IMG/VR virus record: IMGVR_UViG_3300020576_006967
Span: 124,934-188,933 of that record
Source: a virus
Taxonomy: Duplodnaviria > Caudoviricetes
Reading direction: 5' to 3' (one strand)
DNA: 64,000 nucleotides
The position numbers were made by a program, and so were the translations under genes. The notes beneath the pieces were generated by a model. The model did no database searches and had not been told where the DNA came from. It saw only the letters and a list, made by a program, of their open reading frames with translations. Numbering within the stretch: position 1 is the stretch's first letter; the number at the start of each line of letters is the position of its first letter. Below, one piece after another: positions 1 to 9,299 of the stretch.

Positions 1-129
1 TTAACCGCACTCCAGATGTGTGCACTTGCTACCAGAAGGACCGCAATGATGATGTAAATAATTGTCTCCATAGTTGAACTTTTGTTAATAAATATGTTTA
101 AAAAAGGTCTGGGAAAATTTGGAAAATTG

Positions 130-158
130 TGAAACCTTTTATATCTTTGTTCGTATAA
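130..158 (+). promoter_or_regulatory. Class A phage promoter (ECF-type TGAAAC-N16-CGTATAA), first of 13 copies
   Basis: Same 29-bp motif on + at 3482, 5930, 9972, 16514, 18762, 27117, 29901, 39257, 40159 and 43649, and on - at 54269-54297 and 59936-59964. Sits upstream of ORFs. Confidence 0.85.
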
Positions 159-178
159 TATTAAAATCAAGACGAAAG

Positions 179-829
179 ATGCAAAAGACAGCCACGCAAA
201 CAGCCACAAACAGCGCAAGCAAAGGGTTAACAAAGAACGTAATTCAATTCCGTAATGGTTTTGTAAATTTACCAAGTTCTAAATCGGCTAATTATCAGAT
301 GGCAATGTCTGTTACTGCTGAACTTATGCAATTTGGTTATATTCTTGAACAATCTGCTATAACAAATTTGAGCTCAGCTTCCAAAGAAGATATTATAAAT
401 TTCCACAATGAAATAATTGTGTATTTAAAACATATGACTGGTTCTAATAGAAACTACCAAGCTTTCTATTCTGGTTTTCCAACTCAAGTAATGGAAATGT
501 CTGATTGCGAACTTTGGGTAAACCAAATTGTTCATTATATTTCTAATGGTCGTTTTGTTCCAAACGAATGGACAAAAGAAAAACCGACAGCTTTCGAGAA
601 TTCAAAATATACAAAAATTGGTTCTGGAAATGATGAAAAATTTATAAACATTTTTACTGATTTGGTAAGTGTAAACAACTCTTTAACACCAGACGATCAA
701 AGCATTATTGAGTTTTTTATAAGCAATGGAATTGAATTAAGATTTCCTGACCAGATACCATTTAAAGAAAATCTTTGCAAGGTTATAGGTGAATTAGCTA
801 AAAGTGGTAAAAAAATAGAAATTGAATAA
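179..829 (+). CDS. N-terminal half of a split TerD-domain-associated helical protein
   Basis: ATG at 179 downstream of the promoter at 130-158. Motifs ELMQFGY, FYSGFPTQVMEM, NQIVHY and IPFKENL resemble, from recall, the N-terminus of large proteins ending in a TerD-like domain. Confidence 0.65.
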   Translation: MQKTATQTATNSASKGLTKNVIQFRNGFVNLPSSKSANYQMAMSVTAELMQFGYILEQSAITNLSSASKEDIINFHNEIIVYLKHMTGSNRNYQAFYSGFPTQVMEMSDCELWVNQIVHYISNGRFVPNEWTKEKPTAFENSKYTKIGSGNDEKFINIFTDLVSVNNSLTPDDQSIIEFFISNGIELRFPDQIPFKENLCKVIGELAKSGKKIEIE

Positions 830-889
830 AAACCATAACAGACTTTGTTTTTTTTAAAAAAACTTAATATTTATATTAAAAAGTCTGTT

Positions 890-1804
890 ATGGAAGAAAA
901 AACTAAGTATTTTATTGGCAAAGCAAAAAAAACACATGGAAACAAATATGATTACTCTTTAGTTGAATATAAAAGTAGTCGAGAAAAAGTTAAAATAATT
1001 TGCAAAAATCACGGAGAATTTGAGCAACAAGCTAATTCTCATTTGCAAGGAAAAAAATGTATGCAATGTTCAATAGAAGAAAGATCTTTGAAAAGAAAAA
1101 ACACAAAAAAAGAATTTATAAACAAAGCGATTGAAATACATGGGAAAATTTTCGATTATTCAAAGGTTGACTATGTAAACAATAAAACTAAAATTAAAAT
1201 AATTTGTAAAAATCACGGAGAGTTTGAACAAAGACCAGATTGCCACTTATTTTTAAAACACGGATGTCCAAAGTGCGGCGGCACTTCAAAAGTTAGCTTA
1301 GAAGAGTTTAAGAAAAGAGCAAATGATAGACACGATGGTTTTTTTAATTATTCAGCAGTAACATTTAATAATATTACTGATAAAGTTGAAATAAATTGTC
1401 CAAAACATGGCCCATTTATACAAGGTGTTAAAGCTCATTTAGATGGAAATGCTTGCCCTAATTGTAAGACTTCAAAATTAGAAAACAAAATTTTAAAAGA
1501 AATAAAAGGAATAACAAATGAAATTAGAATTAAACAATTTTACAAGAGCGCATGGTTAGAAAGACAACATATTGATATTTTTTTGTTAGATTTTAATATA
1601 GCAATAGAGTGTCACGGAATACAACACTATGAGGTAATTGAAAAATTTGGAGGTGAACCCGCATTCAAAAAAAGAATTGAGTTGGATTCTAAAAAAAGAA
1701 AACTGTGTGCAGAAAACAATATTGAACTTTATGAAATTCCGTATTTTTATAACAAAAGTGAATTGAATGAAGTTTTACAAAAAATAAAAAACAAAATAGC
1801 ATAA
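890..1804 (+). CDS. Free-standing homing endonuclease (tandem HG-x-YDYS / C-x2-HG-x-F-x-Q / CPxC zinc-ribbon repeats plus C-terminal PD-(D/E)XK-like domain)
   Basis: Three YDYS..IICKNHGEFEQ..CPKC-type repeats, then HIDIFL..IAIECHGIQHY. Paralog at 57786-58913. Confidence 0.8.
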   Translation: MEEKTKYFIGKAKKTHGNKYDYSLVEYKSSREKVKIICKNHGEFEQQANSHLQGKKCMQCSIEERSLKRKNTKKEFINKAIEIHGKIFDYSKVDYVNNKTKIKIICKNHGEFEQRPDCHLFLKHGCPKCGGTSKVSLEEFKKRANDRHDGFFNYSAVTFNNITDKVEINCPKHGPFIQGVKAHLDGNACPNCKTSKLENKILKEIKGITNEIRIKQFYKSAWLERQHIDIFLLDFNIAIECHGIQHYEVIEKFGGEPAFKKRIELDSKKRKLCAENNIELYEIPYFYNKSELNEVLQKIKNKIA

Positions 1805-1817
1805 AAAAACAAAGCAT

Positions 1818-3455
1818 ATGAACACAACATTAAATAAAGAACAAAACACTATTGTGTTAAAAAATTTAAAACTGACCGTGACAGATATTTTGCGTGTGGC
1901 AGTTCATATGTCTGGTGGAGATATTTCATTGCCAAAGGTGCCAAGAAAACTTATTAGAGCTAACAGATGGAGCTCACATCAGTCTGCCAATCCAGAGCGT
2001 GAAAAATTTAAGTTTAAAAGCTTTTCTCGTCCTGAACGTAGAATTATCCTTTCTCTTCTTGAGAAAACAAATTGTGATGCTTCCGAAGCAAAACTTAAAG
2101 CGCAGCGTTGGGCAAAACTTGGTCATTCACTTCACGTTGGTGAATATGCAAAGAAATTTCCAAAAGCTTTAGCTATGTTCAATTCTGTGCGTAATGAAAA
2201 GGTGCAGTCTTGGTATGGTAAAGTAAATAGCGCATTTGCTTCTTCTTTTAACGAAGGAATTAAACTTCTTTCACAAAGACCAGGTGAATTTATGCGTAAA
2301 CTTGACTGGTTGCTTAGAACAGAGGTTTCAAGCACAAAACCTTTTAAAGGAAATATCCTTGCAAAGTATTTTACTAAGGATCCACATGTTTCAGATTCTT
2401 TAAAGAAGTTGACCCTTGAAGAAAGAGTTGCTCTTGTATTGGATGTGTTTAAAGTTATTGCTCCTAAAGTAAGTAACAAAGTGTTATATGAAGCATATAG
2501 CCATTTTGAAGGGCGTTACGAGGAAAAAACTAATAGAACTATTATGGTAAAGGGTTCAAGAAAAAGAACTACATTACCTAGTTTGCCAGCTATTCCAGCA
2601 AGTGTAATTGAATCAGTTCAGCGAGGTGTTATTGAAGCTCTTATGAGTAAATTTGCTGCATTACCAAAGCTTGAAAAAGTTTATGTGGATGAGCAATTAA
2701 AAAACATTCCTATGCCAACTAACATGCGTTCTTTAAATTCTTCGTTGAAGCCTACTATCAGAGGTTTGAGAATGCCTATTGGAAACACAGACTCTAAGGT
2801 AATTCGTGTTTATGTTCACTGGTTCGATGAACGTGGAAATAAAGATATTGACTTGAGCACAACTTTTGTTGGAAATAACAAGCAGCCAATTGTAATTGCT
2901 TACACAAATTTGAGAAATGAGTTTACTACTCACTCAGGTGACGTAAGGCACCGTCAAGGTGCTTGTGCTGAGTACATCGACATTGAAATTGCTAAAGCAC
3001 GTAAGGCTGGATACAAATATGCAACTGTTGATATCAGAAACTTCAATGGTGGATCTCTTGCGTCAATTAAGGACTGTGTGTTTGGCTTCATGGAGCGTGA
3101 GTTCCCAGAGTCTAACAAGACATTCTTACCTTCTACATTGGCAAATTCAATGAAGTTGGAAAGTTCATCTACTGTAACTTTGGCCGTGATTATTGATCTT
3201 GAAACCAGAGAGTACATATATATGGACATTGATTCAACATCGTTGCCAGTTGCTTCTATGTCTGTAAAAGACACTATTGCTGCAATTAAGCCTTATACAG
3301 ATGCACCAAAATTCTCTGTATATGACTTAGCATTGCTTCACGCAGAAGTTAGAGGTGCAGAACTTGTTGAGAAAGAAGAAGAAGCTAACACCTGCTTTAA
3401 GTTTGAAGAATATAGCCAAAGCTATATCGAAATACTTAAACTCATGGGAGTTTAA
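1818..3455 (+). CDS. C-terminal half of the split protein, with TerD-like C-terminal domain
   Basis: TVTDILRVAVHMSGGDISL and RPGEFMRKLDWLLR, then TerD-like DIDLS..HSGDVR..GACAEYIDI. Confidence 0.7.
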   Translation: MNTTLNKEQNTIVLKNLKLTVTDILRVAVHMSGGDISLPKVPRKLIRANRWSSHQSANPEREKFKFKSFSRPERRIILSLLEKTNCDASEAKLKAQRWAKLGHSLHVGEYAKKFPKALAMFNSVRNEKVQSWYGKVNSAFASSFNEGIKLLSQRPGEFMRKLDWLLRTEVSSTKPFKGNILAKYFTKDPHVSDSLKKLTLEERVALVLDVFKVIAPKVSNKVLYEAYSHFEGRYEEKTNRTIMVKGSRKRTTLPSLPAIPASVIESVQRGVIEALMSKFAALPKLEKVYVDEQLKNIPMPTNMRSLNSSLKPTIRGLRMPIGNTDSKVIRVYVHWFDERGNKDIDLSTTFVGNNKQPIVIAYTNLRNEFTTHSGDVRHRQGACAEYIDIEIAKARKAGYKYATVDIRNFNGGSLASIKDCVFGFMEREFPESNKTFLPSTLANSMKLESSSTVTLAVIIDLETREYIYMDIDSTSLPVASMSVKDTIAAIKPYTDAPKFSVYDLALLHAEVRGAELVEKEEEANTCFKFEEYSQSYIEILKLMGV

Positions 3456-3456
3456 T

Positions 3457-3482
3457 AAAAAGGGCCTCAGGGCCCTTTTTTT
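3457..3482 (+). terminator. Intrinsic terminator
   Basis: AAAAAGGGCC-TCAG-GGCCCTTTTTTT immediately after the stop at 3455. Confidence 0.85.
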
Positions 3483-4055
3483 GTAACCTTTTTGTTTTAT
3501 GTGCGTATAAGATTATAAATCGTCTAAAAAATGAAAAACGGTAAATGGTTGTTCTTATTATACCTTCTTTGTCTAGCTGTTGGATTTGTATGGAGTGTTA
3601 AGATTTATTTCGATAATTGGAATAGAATAATGAGTGACCACGATAAGTTTGAATTATATAAATATCCAGTTGGCGTGTTGTGTTTGGGTATCATTGCATA
3701 TAACTTTCACAAAGTATTCTATGAAAAAGAGTAACAAAGTCAATAACTCTACAAAAAGAAATTTCCAGCTTCAAGGTTTGTGGTTTACTCAAAAAGAAGC
3801 GACCTATTTGGTTCGTGAAGCTAAAAAAATTGGTTTTACACCAATGTCTCAGTACGCAAAGGAAAAAGTTTTTAATAAAAAAGAAGTTCTTGGTTATATT
3901 TATTTCCTTCATACAAAAAGCGAAAACACATTTCGTTTGGATAAATTTGAAATTAAAAACGCTGGCTTAGATATATTTAAAGATAACGTTTCGAACATTT
4001 TTTTTACTCTATTATTTAAGCAGCACGAAGAAAGCATATCTATTTACCACGAAGA

Positions 4056-4556
4056 ATGACGATTCCAAAAAACATAGCTAAGGCTCTCGGAAACCCTGGA
4101 ATATGGGCGTATGTAAAAGAAAAATATTACAACGAGGCAATTAATTATCTTGACAAAGAGCTTGATGAATTTCACGACAAAAAACGTGGAGATATTAAGG
4201 TAAAATTTAAAGACTTCGACTATAAACATGAAATTGATGCTTGTGATTTCTCACACGAGAAATTTCAAGACGAAGATGTGTTGATTGGTATTTGGAGAGT
4301 AAAAAAAGAATATCTTATTCCAGACCTTGATGATTATGAAGATATGGTTAAAGATAAAGATTGCAAGTTTTGCCGCAGAGAATACCCGTCAAGAAAAATA
4401 TCTCTTGATGGTTTAAAAGTTGAGCACTATGACCATGATGGCGGTTGGCCCGTAAGAGGATTTGCAAAAAAGCAGTGGCTTTATGTGGTTTGCCCAGGAT
4501 GTGGTCACCAACACTCATTTAATCATCTTGGAATTAGTAAAGAAGTAAAGCAATAA
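4056..4556 (+). CDS. Hypothetical zinc-finger protein
   Basis: CKFC and CPGCGH motifs. Confidence 0.5.
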   Translation: MTIPKNIAKALGNPGIWAYVKEKYYNEAINYLDKELDEFHDKKRGDIKVKFKDFDYKHEIDACDFSHEKFQDEDVLIGIWRVKKEYLIPDLDDYEDMVKDKDCKFCRREYPSRKISLDGLKVEHYDHDGGWPVRGFAKKQWLYVVCPGCGHQHSFNHLGISKEVKQ

Positions 4557-4557
4557 T

Positions 4558-5169
4558 TTGGATTACGAAAAACAAATAGATATCATAAGAAGCGTAACTC
4601 ACAGTATAGAACCTCACAAAGTGACCATACTTACTGGAAAAAACGGTAGCGGTAAATCTCTTGTAAGAAAAATATTGAGTGGAGTTATAAGTGAAAAGTG
4701 TGGAACTGATATCAAACACACTGTTGCCGCAGTTTCTATGGAATCTAGATCAAATCGCAAAATGGATTTCAGCGCTCTTAATTCTGCTGGCATTGACGAT
4801 CCTGAAAATCCAACTGGTTTAGAAAGTCTTCACAATCTGGACATGATTCTTGGATCCTTTACAAAGGACAGTCCAAGATATATTGTGATTGACGAGCCTG
4901 AGCTTGGCATGGGTGAAGAAATGGTTGTTGCTTTTGCTAACAAATTAAACTCTGTTTTTGAAACGCTTCCAGAGGGTTGTTTGGGTGTTATGATCATTAC
5001 TCACAGTCCAACAATGATAAAGCTGTTAAAAGGCAAATTTGCTAACATGGAGGGTATGACTCGTGAAGAATGGCTTAATAGAGAAATTATACCCACTGAT
5101 TTAGAGCAATTTAAGGTTGATTCCCTGGGTCTTTGGAGGGCAATACAAAATTATTCGAAAAAAAATTAA
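4558..5169 (+). CDS. Small ABC-type ATPase
   Basis: Walker A GKNGSGKS, Walker B IVIDEPE, H-loop ITHS. Confidence 0.8.
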   Translation: MDYEKQIDIIRSVTHSIEPHKVTILTGKNGSGKSLVRKILSGVISEKCGTDIKHTVAAVSMESRSNRKMDFSALNSAGIDDPENPTGLESLHNLDMILGSFTKDSPRYIVIDEPELGMGEEMVVAFANKLNSVFETLPEGCLGVMIITHSPTMIKLLKGKFANMEGMTREEWLNREIIPTDLEQFKVDSLGLWRAIQNYSKKN

Positions 5170-5176
5170 AAAATAC

Positions 5177-5207
5177 TTGCTATTTATTTGAAATAGTATT
5201 ATATTTG
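5177..5207 (+). promoter_or_regulatory. Bacteroidota housekeeping-type promoter upstream of the ncRNA array
   Basis: TTG (5177), 20-nt spacer, TATATTTG (5200-5207), matching the -33/-7 TAnnTTTG consensus. Confidence 0.65.
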
Positions 5208-5234
5208 TACTCAGAAAGTTCTTTTACGTATTTT

Positions 5235-5850
5235 AAACAAACTAAAGCAGGCCATGTGTCTAGTTACTTCTATCTCTTGAAATGATTTTACTGTCACGCT
5301 TTCCAGCTTTACTTTGTTTTACAGATATTCAAAAATATTGACGGCCATCTGTATTCTTACTTCTCGCCGAAAGGCATTCAATTGTTAACTGAAACCACAG
5401 AAGCAGAATTACCGTCTTTGTTATTGGAGGCCATGTGTCTACTTACTTCTAAATTTTTCAGCAAAAAAAACATTAGTATCACAATTTCCTCCTGTTATTT
5501 CAAATAAGTTTAAACGGCCACATGTCTAGTTACTTCTACTTTTATTCCAAAAAACTACTAGCATAATTACCGTTTAAACTTATTTACCTTATTAAACTGG
5601 CCATGAGTCCAGCTACTTCTACAGATCCACCTCAAGGAGGATTACCAAACTGCTAGCTCAATTACCAGTTTATGTTCTTTAAAATATTGTCAATTCAGGG
5701 CTAAACGGCCATGTACCCAGAGACTGAAAACTACTTCATCAGGTTCCCGTAATTGGAACCCGTGAAAGTTCAGAGTCTGCAGCTACTTCTATACAATTAT
5801 AAAATAGAGATGATCTTATGATCGGATGCTGATACAATTACCGCCTGGAA
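5235..5850 (+). ncRNA. Array of six structured RNA units (stem-GG-CCAT-stem-stem-TACTTC-variable-stem-stem-AATTA-CC-stem)
   Basis: Units at 5235-5319, 5340-5416, 5426-5492, 5502-5585, 5593-5672 and 5695-5850. Conserved loop motifs with compensatory changes in the stems. No ORF in the track. Confidence 0.85.
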
Positions 5851-5884
5851 AAACAATCATCGGGTCATCTCGACCAGAACAATA

Positions 5885-5920
5885 ATCCGCCATTACACAT
5901 AAGAACATGGCGGATTTTTT
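5885..5920 (+). terminator. Intrinsic terminator closing the ncRNA array
   Basis: AATCCGCCAT...ATGGCGGATT followed by a T tract. Confidence 0.8.
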
Positions 5921-6940
5921 GCTTTTAATTGAAACCTTTATGATAGTTTTACGTATAAATGTATATGAATCTAACAATTTATCATGCAAAGAAGAGACGA
6001 AATAAAAGAATTGCTAAAACATCTTTTAGGTAAAGCTAAAGACGCTATAAATACTAAAGCTTACTCCGATGATTTTAAAGAAGTTTTAAAATCATCACAA
6101 GAGGTTGTGGTAATATCAAAGCAAATTGAAACTTATATGACCGAATTAAATGAAATCACTGATTAACTTCATTATGTATAAAATTTTTCGTCGCACGTAT
6201 TGGCGTTTAAATGCTATTTTGGGTTTTATTTTATTGAACTCATTTAGTTTGCTGGAGGCAATATTTACAAAAAACTCTTATGCAGAATACTATGAAGAAA
6301 ATATGGTTGTAATTAAAAACAGTTGGAACAAATATTAAAAATGAAAACAATACCATTTAAAATACCCTTACAAGGAGCGCCAGTGTTTAGCAAGTCTCCA
6401 GCATTTATAATAAACTCAAGTGAGAATATACTGATTGTAGAGGTTAGCATGAAAAGCAAACGGTGTTTGGTGGAAAGTATTGTTGGCGGAGATGATGAAA
6501 TGCCAGGTTTGTATATTTGTGCTTCTGAAAATTCTGTCTGGTTAAAAAGTGGAAAACGTGTAAACGAACCAACTTGTATTATGTTTCCAACACTAAAAGA
6601 TTGGAACCATTTTTGTTCTGATATTGGCAAAAACACATTAAGAATTTGTTTTTTAAAAAAATAAAATGGCAAAAGGCGACTGGATAAAAGCTCAGGCTTT
6701 TCCAATATACTACATAGATTCTTGGAGTTCAGATGAAAGCAAATTCATTCTAAGAATTGAGCAGTTGGTGCTTGAAGAGGGAAGACCATGGATTGTTGAT
6801 GTAATGGGAGTTGAGAAATTTCTGGTAATTGGTGAAGACAATCCAGATAAAGTTAAAAGACTTGCAAAGAAATATTTGCGAGAGGTCATTAAAAAAGTGG
6901 CTTGGACACTTGATATGAAAAATTTGGACACAGAATAATT

Positions 6941-7192
6941 ATGAAAAAAATAATTTTAATTTTTGCAATTTTAATTGCTTCTTGTAAAGAAAGAGCAACA
7001 GTTGTTATTGATGGCTGTGAATACATTGAGACAGAGAATTTTAATGGTGAAGGAGTTAATACTTCTTTAACTCACAAGGGTAATTGTAAAAACCCAATTC
7101 ACCACTATGTAACTCCTGATGTAAAAAATGACACAATTGTGTTGCCATTAATTTCAGGCCCACTTATTTTAGACACATTAATTAAAAAATAA
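6941..7192 (+). CDS. Small lipoprotein (paralog of 28613-28882)
   Basis: Lipobox-like IASC. CEYI and THKGNCK motifs are shared with 28613-28882. Confidence 0.6.
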   Translation: MKKIILIFAILIASCKERATVVIDGCEYIETENFNGEGVNTSLTHKGNCKNPIHHYVTPDVKNDTIVLPLISGPLILDTLIKK

Positions 7193-7196
7193 AACC

Positions 7197-7754
7197 ATGA
7201 ACAATCCTAAAAAAGCATTATTGGACAAAGCGTTAAACGCTCTGTTTCTTGCGGTTGATGAAAAGATTGCACAAGACATTTCAAATAAAGTTATTGAAGC
7301 GTTTGAAGAAAAAAACGTTGCTGGTGAAGATTTTTATCTAGATGAAGAAAACGCCTACCAAAGACTTAAAGAAGAGTACGAAAAATATCATACTCTTATC
7401 GTGGCCTATGACTTTGGAAACACTGTGTTTGATTACAATAACAAAGGAATTACTTTTCAAAATGTTGTAGAGCTTTTAAAAGTGTGCAAAGAAATTGGCT
7501 GTCACCTATCTGTATTCACCTCTGATGATGATGATAGCATTCAGGATGTAAAGAATTACCTGGACGAAAACAACATCCCTTACGACAGCATTAACGAGCA
7601 CCCAGATTCAATCAAGTTCAAATCTAAAAAGATCTATTACAACATTCTTTTGGATGATAGAGCTGGTTTACCATCTGCTTACAGAGTGTTGTCTAGAGTT
7701 GCTTATGGAGCAAGGATGAAAAAAATGCAAATTGGAATGACTGACGTGGCTTAA
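7197..7754 (+). CDS. HAD-superfamily-like hydrolase
   Basis: IVAYDFGNTV (DxD-like, second D absent), FTS and LLDDRAG motifs. Confidence 0.6.
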   Translation: MNNPKKALLDKALNALFLAVDEKIAQDISNKVIEAFEEKNVAGEDFYLDEENAYQRLKEEYEKYHTLIVAYDFGNTVFDYNNKGITFQNVVELLKVCKEIGCHLSVFTSDDDDSIQDVKNYLDENNIPYDSINEHPDSIKFKSKKIYYNILLDDRAGLPSAYRVLSRVAYGARMKKMQIGMTDVA

Positions 7755-8528
7755 TGGAAGAAAGAATAATATGTGCAGCTAACTGGTACAAAGATTTGCA
7801 AAAGCCTGTATACGGTCCAAAAAACATTGTAGAAGGCATTGTGTTCTGTGGTCATAGTCACTTAATGTGTTTGCATCAAATGATTGCAATGACTGGTAAA
7901 AGACAAGCTGAAGTTGGAGCGTATGAAGAGGGTTTTATTACAAGTACAAATAGATTTGTTACAAGAGAAGAGGCTGCTAAGATTGCGCTTTCTTGCAAGC
8001 AGATTGAAAAGCTGAAGTACAGCAGCAAAGATTTGTACAGCGAAGATTTATATTAATAATAATTTATTTAAATATGTTTGGATTTTTATACAGAGAAATG
8101 GAAAGCACAGGGTCTGGAGACCGATTTCCCAAGAGGATTGAAAAATTTAGAAAAGCTGAAAAGCGCTTTCCAATATTGCAGCACTATTTTTGGTGGTTTA
8201 CGCATAACTGTATAACTCATCCGTTAATTGGTTTGATTCCAGTAAAGTTATTCTTCCAATTTCATGATTGGACAAGCGTAAAGCTAAATGCTGGAGAATC
8301 AGCTTTATCAACTCCGCTGGATGATTTGGAAGCCTGTAAGGCTCAAGCTAAAAAAATACATGAAAAGCTAAAAGAAATAAGCGGTAATGAAGAAGCAGAT
8401 TCTATTTGGGAAACATTGGTTTTAATTGAAGCTTTAGAGGCAGATATTCGATATAATCAAGATCAAAAACGTGCTGGCAGATTAAGAAGAGCAACAAGAA
8501 TAATTTTTAAAGAACAACAAGAGAAAAT

Positions 8529-9299
8529 ATGAAAGACGCAATAGGAGATAGAATGAAGGAAGATTTCGAGGATAGAACTCGAATTTCATTGCCAAGAAGA
8601 AGTTACACAATAGCGAGAATTGACGGGAAATCTTTCCATACTTACACCAGAGGTCTTACAAGACCTTTTGACGACGGATTGATAGAAGATATGGATTTAA
8701 CAGCTGCGTACCTGTGCAAGAACATTATGGGTGTTAAATTCGCATTTGTACAATCTGATGAAATTTCTTTGTTACTAACAGATTTTGAAGATATTGGCAC
8801 ACAAGCCTGGTTTGACAATAATTTACAAAAAATGTGTAGCGTTTCAGCTTCTATGGCGACAAGAGCTTTTAACGAAGCTAGACTTAAAAGGTTTGTAAGT
8901 GATAAAGTGTTTTTTACAAAATGGGCCGAGTTCGATAGCAGGTTTTTCCAGATTCCTCAAAAAGCAGAAGTGTTCAATTATTTCTTGTGGAGACAAAAAG
9001 ATGCCACCAGAAACAGCATTTCTTCTGTAGCGCAATCGTTGTATAGTCAGAAAGAATTGAATGGAGTTAACTCTGATCAAAAACAAGAATTAATTTTTCA
9101 AAAAGGAATTAATTGGAATGATTATCCTTCTAAATATAAACGTGGGAGAATTATTCTAAAAGAATCTTACGAAAAAGCTCCAGATATAGATGTTATTAAT
9201 TCGTCTTCTTCAACTAGGACTAAGTGGATTAGTGTAGATACACCAATATTTACACAAGATAAAGAATTTTTGAATAAATTGATCCCAGATAATTTATAA
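8529..9299 (+). CDS. thg1: tRNA(His) guanylyltransferase Thg1-like protein
   Basis: RIDGKSFHTYT, FVQSDEISLL, FDSR, YFLWRQKDATRNSI and KRG motifs. Confidence 0.9.
   Translation: MKDAIGDRMKEDFEDRTRISLPRRSYTIARIDGKSFHTYTRGLTRPFDDGLIEDMDLTAAYLCKNIMGVKFAFVQSDEISLLLTDFEDIGTQAWFDNNLQKMCSVSASMATRAFNEARLKRFVSDKVFFTKWAEFDSRFFQIPQKAEVFNYFLWRQKDATRNSISSVAQSLYSQKELNGVNSDQKQELIFQKGINWNDYPSKYKRGRIILKESYEKAPDIDVINSSSSTRTKWISVDTPIFTQDKEFLNKLIPDNL

Noticed and set aside
830-1817. Group I intron or intein around the endonuclease
   Set aside because: The flanks are only 60 and 13 nt with no recognisable core, and the ORFs have separate stops and starts with no intein terminal motifs.
1894-3274. Overlapping alternative-frame and antisense ORFs in the track (also within 12427-13191, 55728-56534 and 60402-61496)
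   Set aside because: They are shadows of longer, motif-bearing genes and have no independent support.
5265-5273. Array motif TACTTC(TAT) is complementary to ATGGAAGTA, the start of several MEVL-tag genes (antisense control?)
   Set aside because: Only 6-10 nt in an AT-rich genome. The genes vary freely at those codons (GAA GTT, GAG GTA, GAT GTA), so conservation is at the protein level and the match is probably chance.
5235-5850. CRISPR array interpretation of the repeats
   Set aside because: The repeats are not sequence-identical, the conserved parts flank and pair across each variable insert, unit lengths are irregular, and no cas genes are visible.
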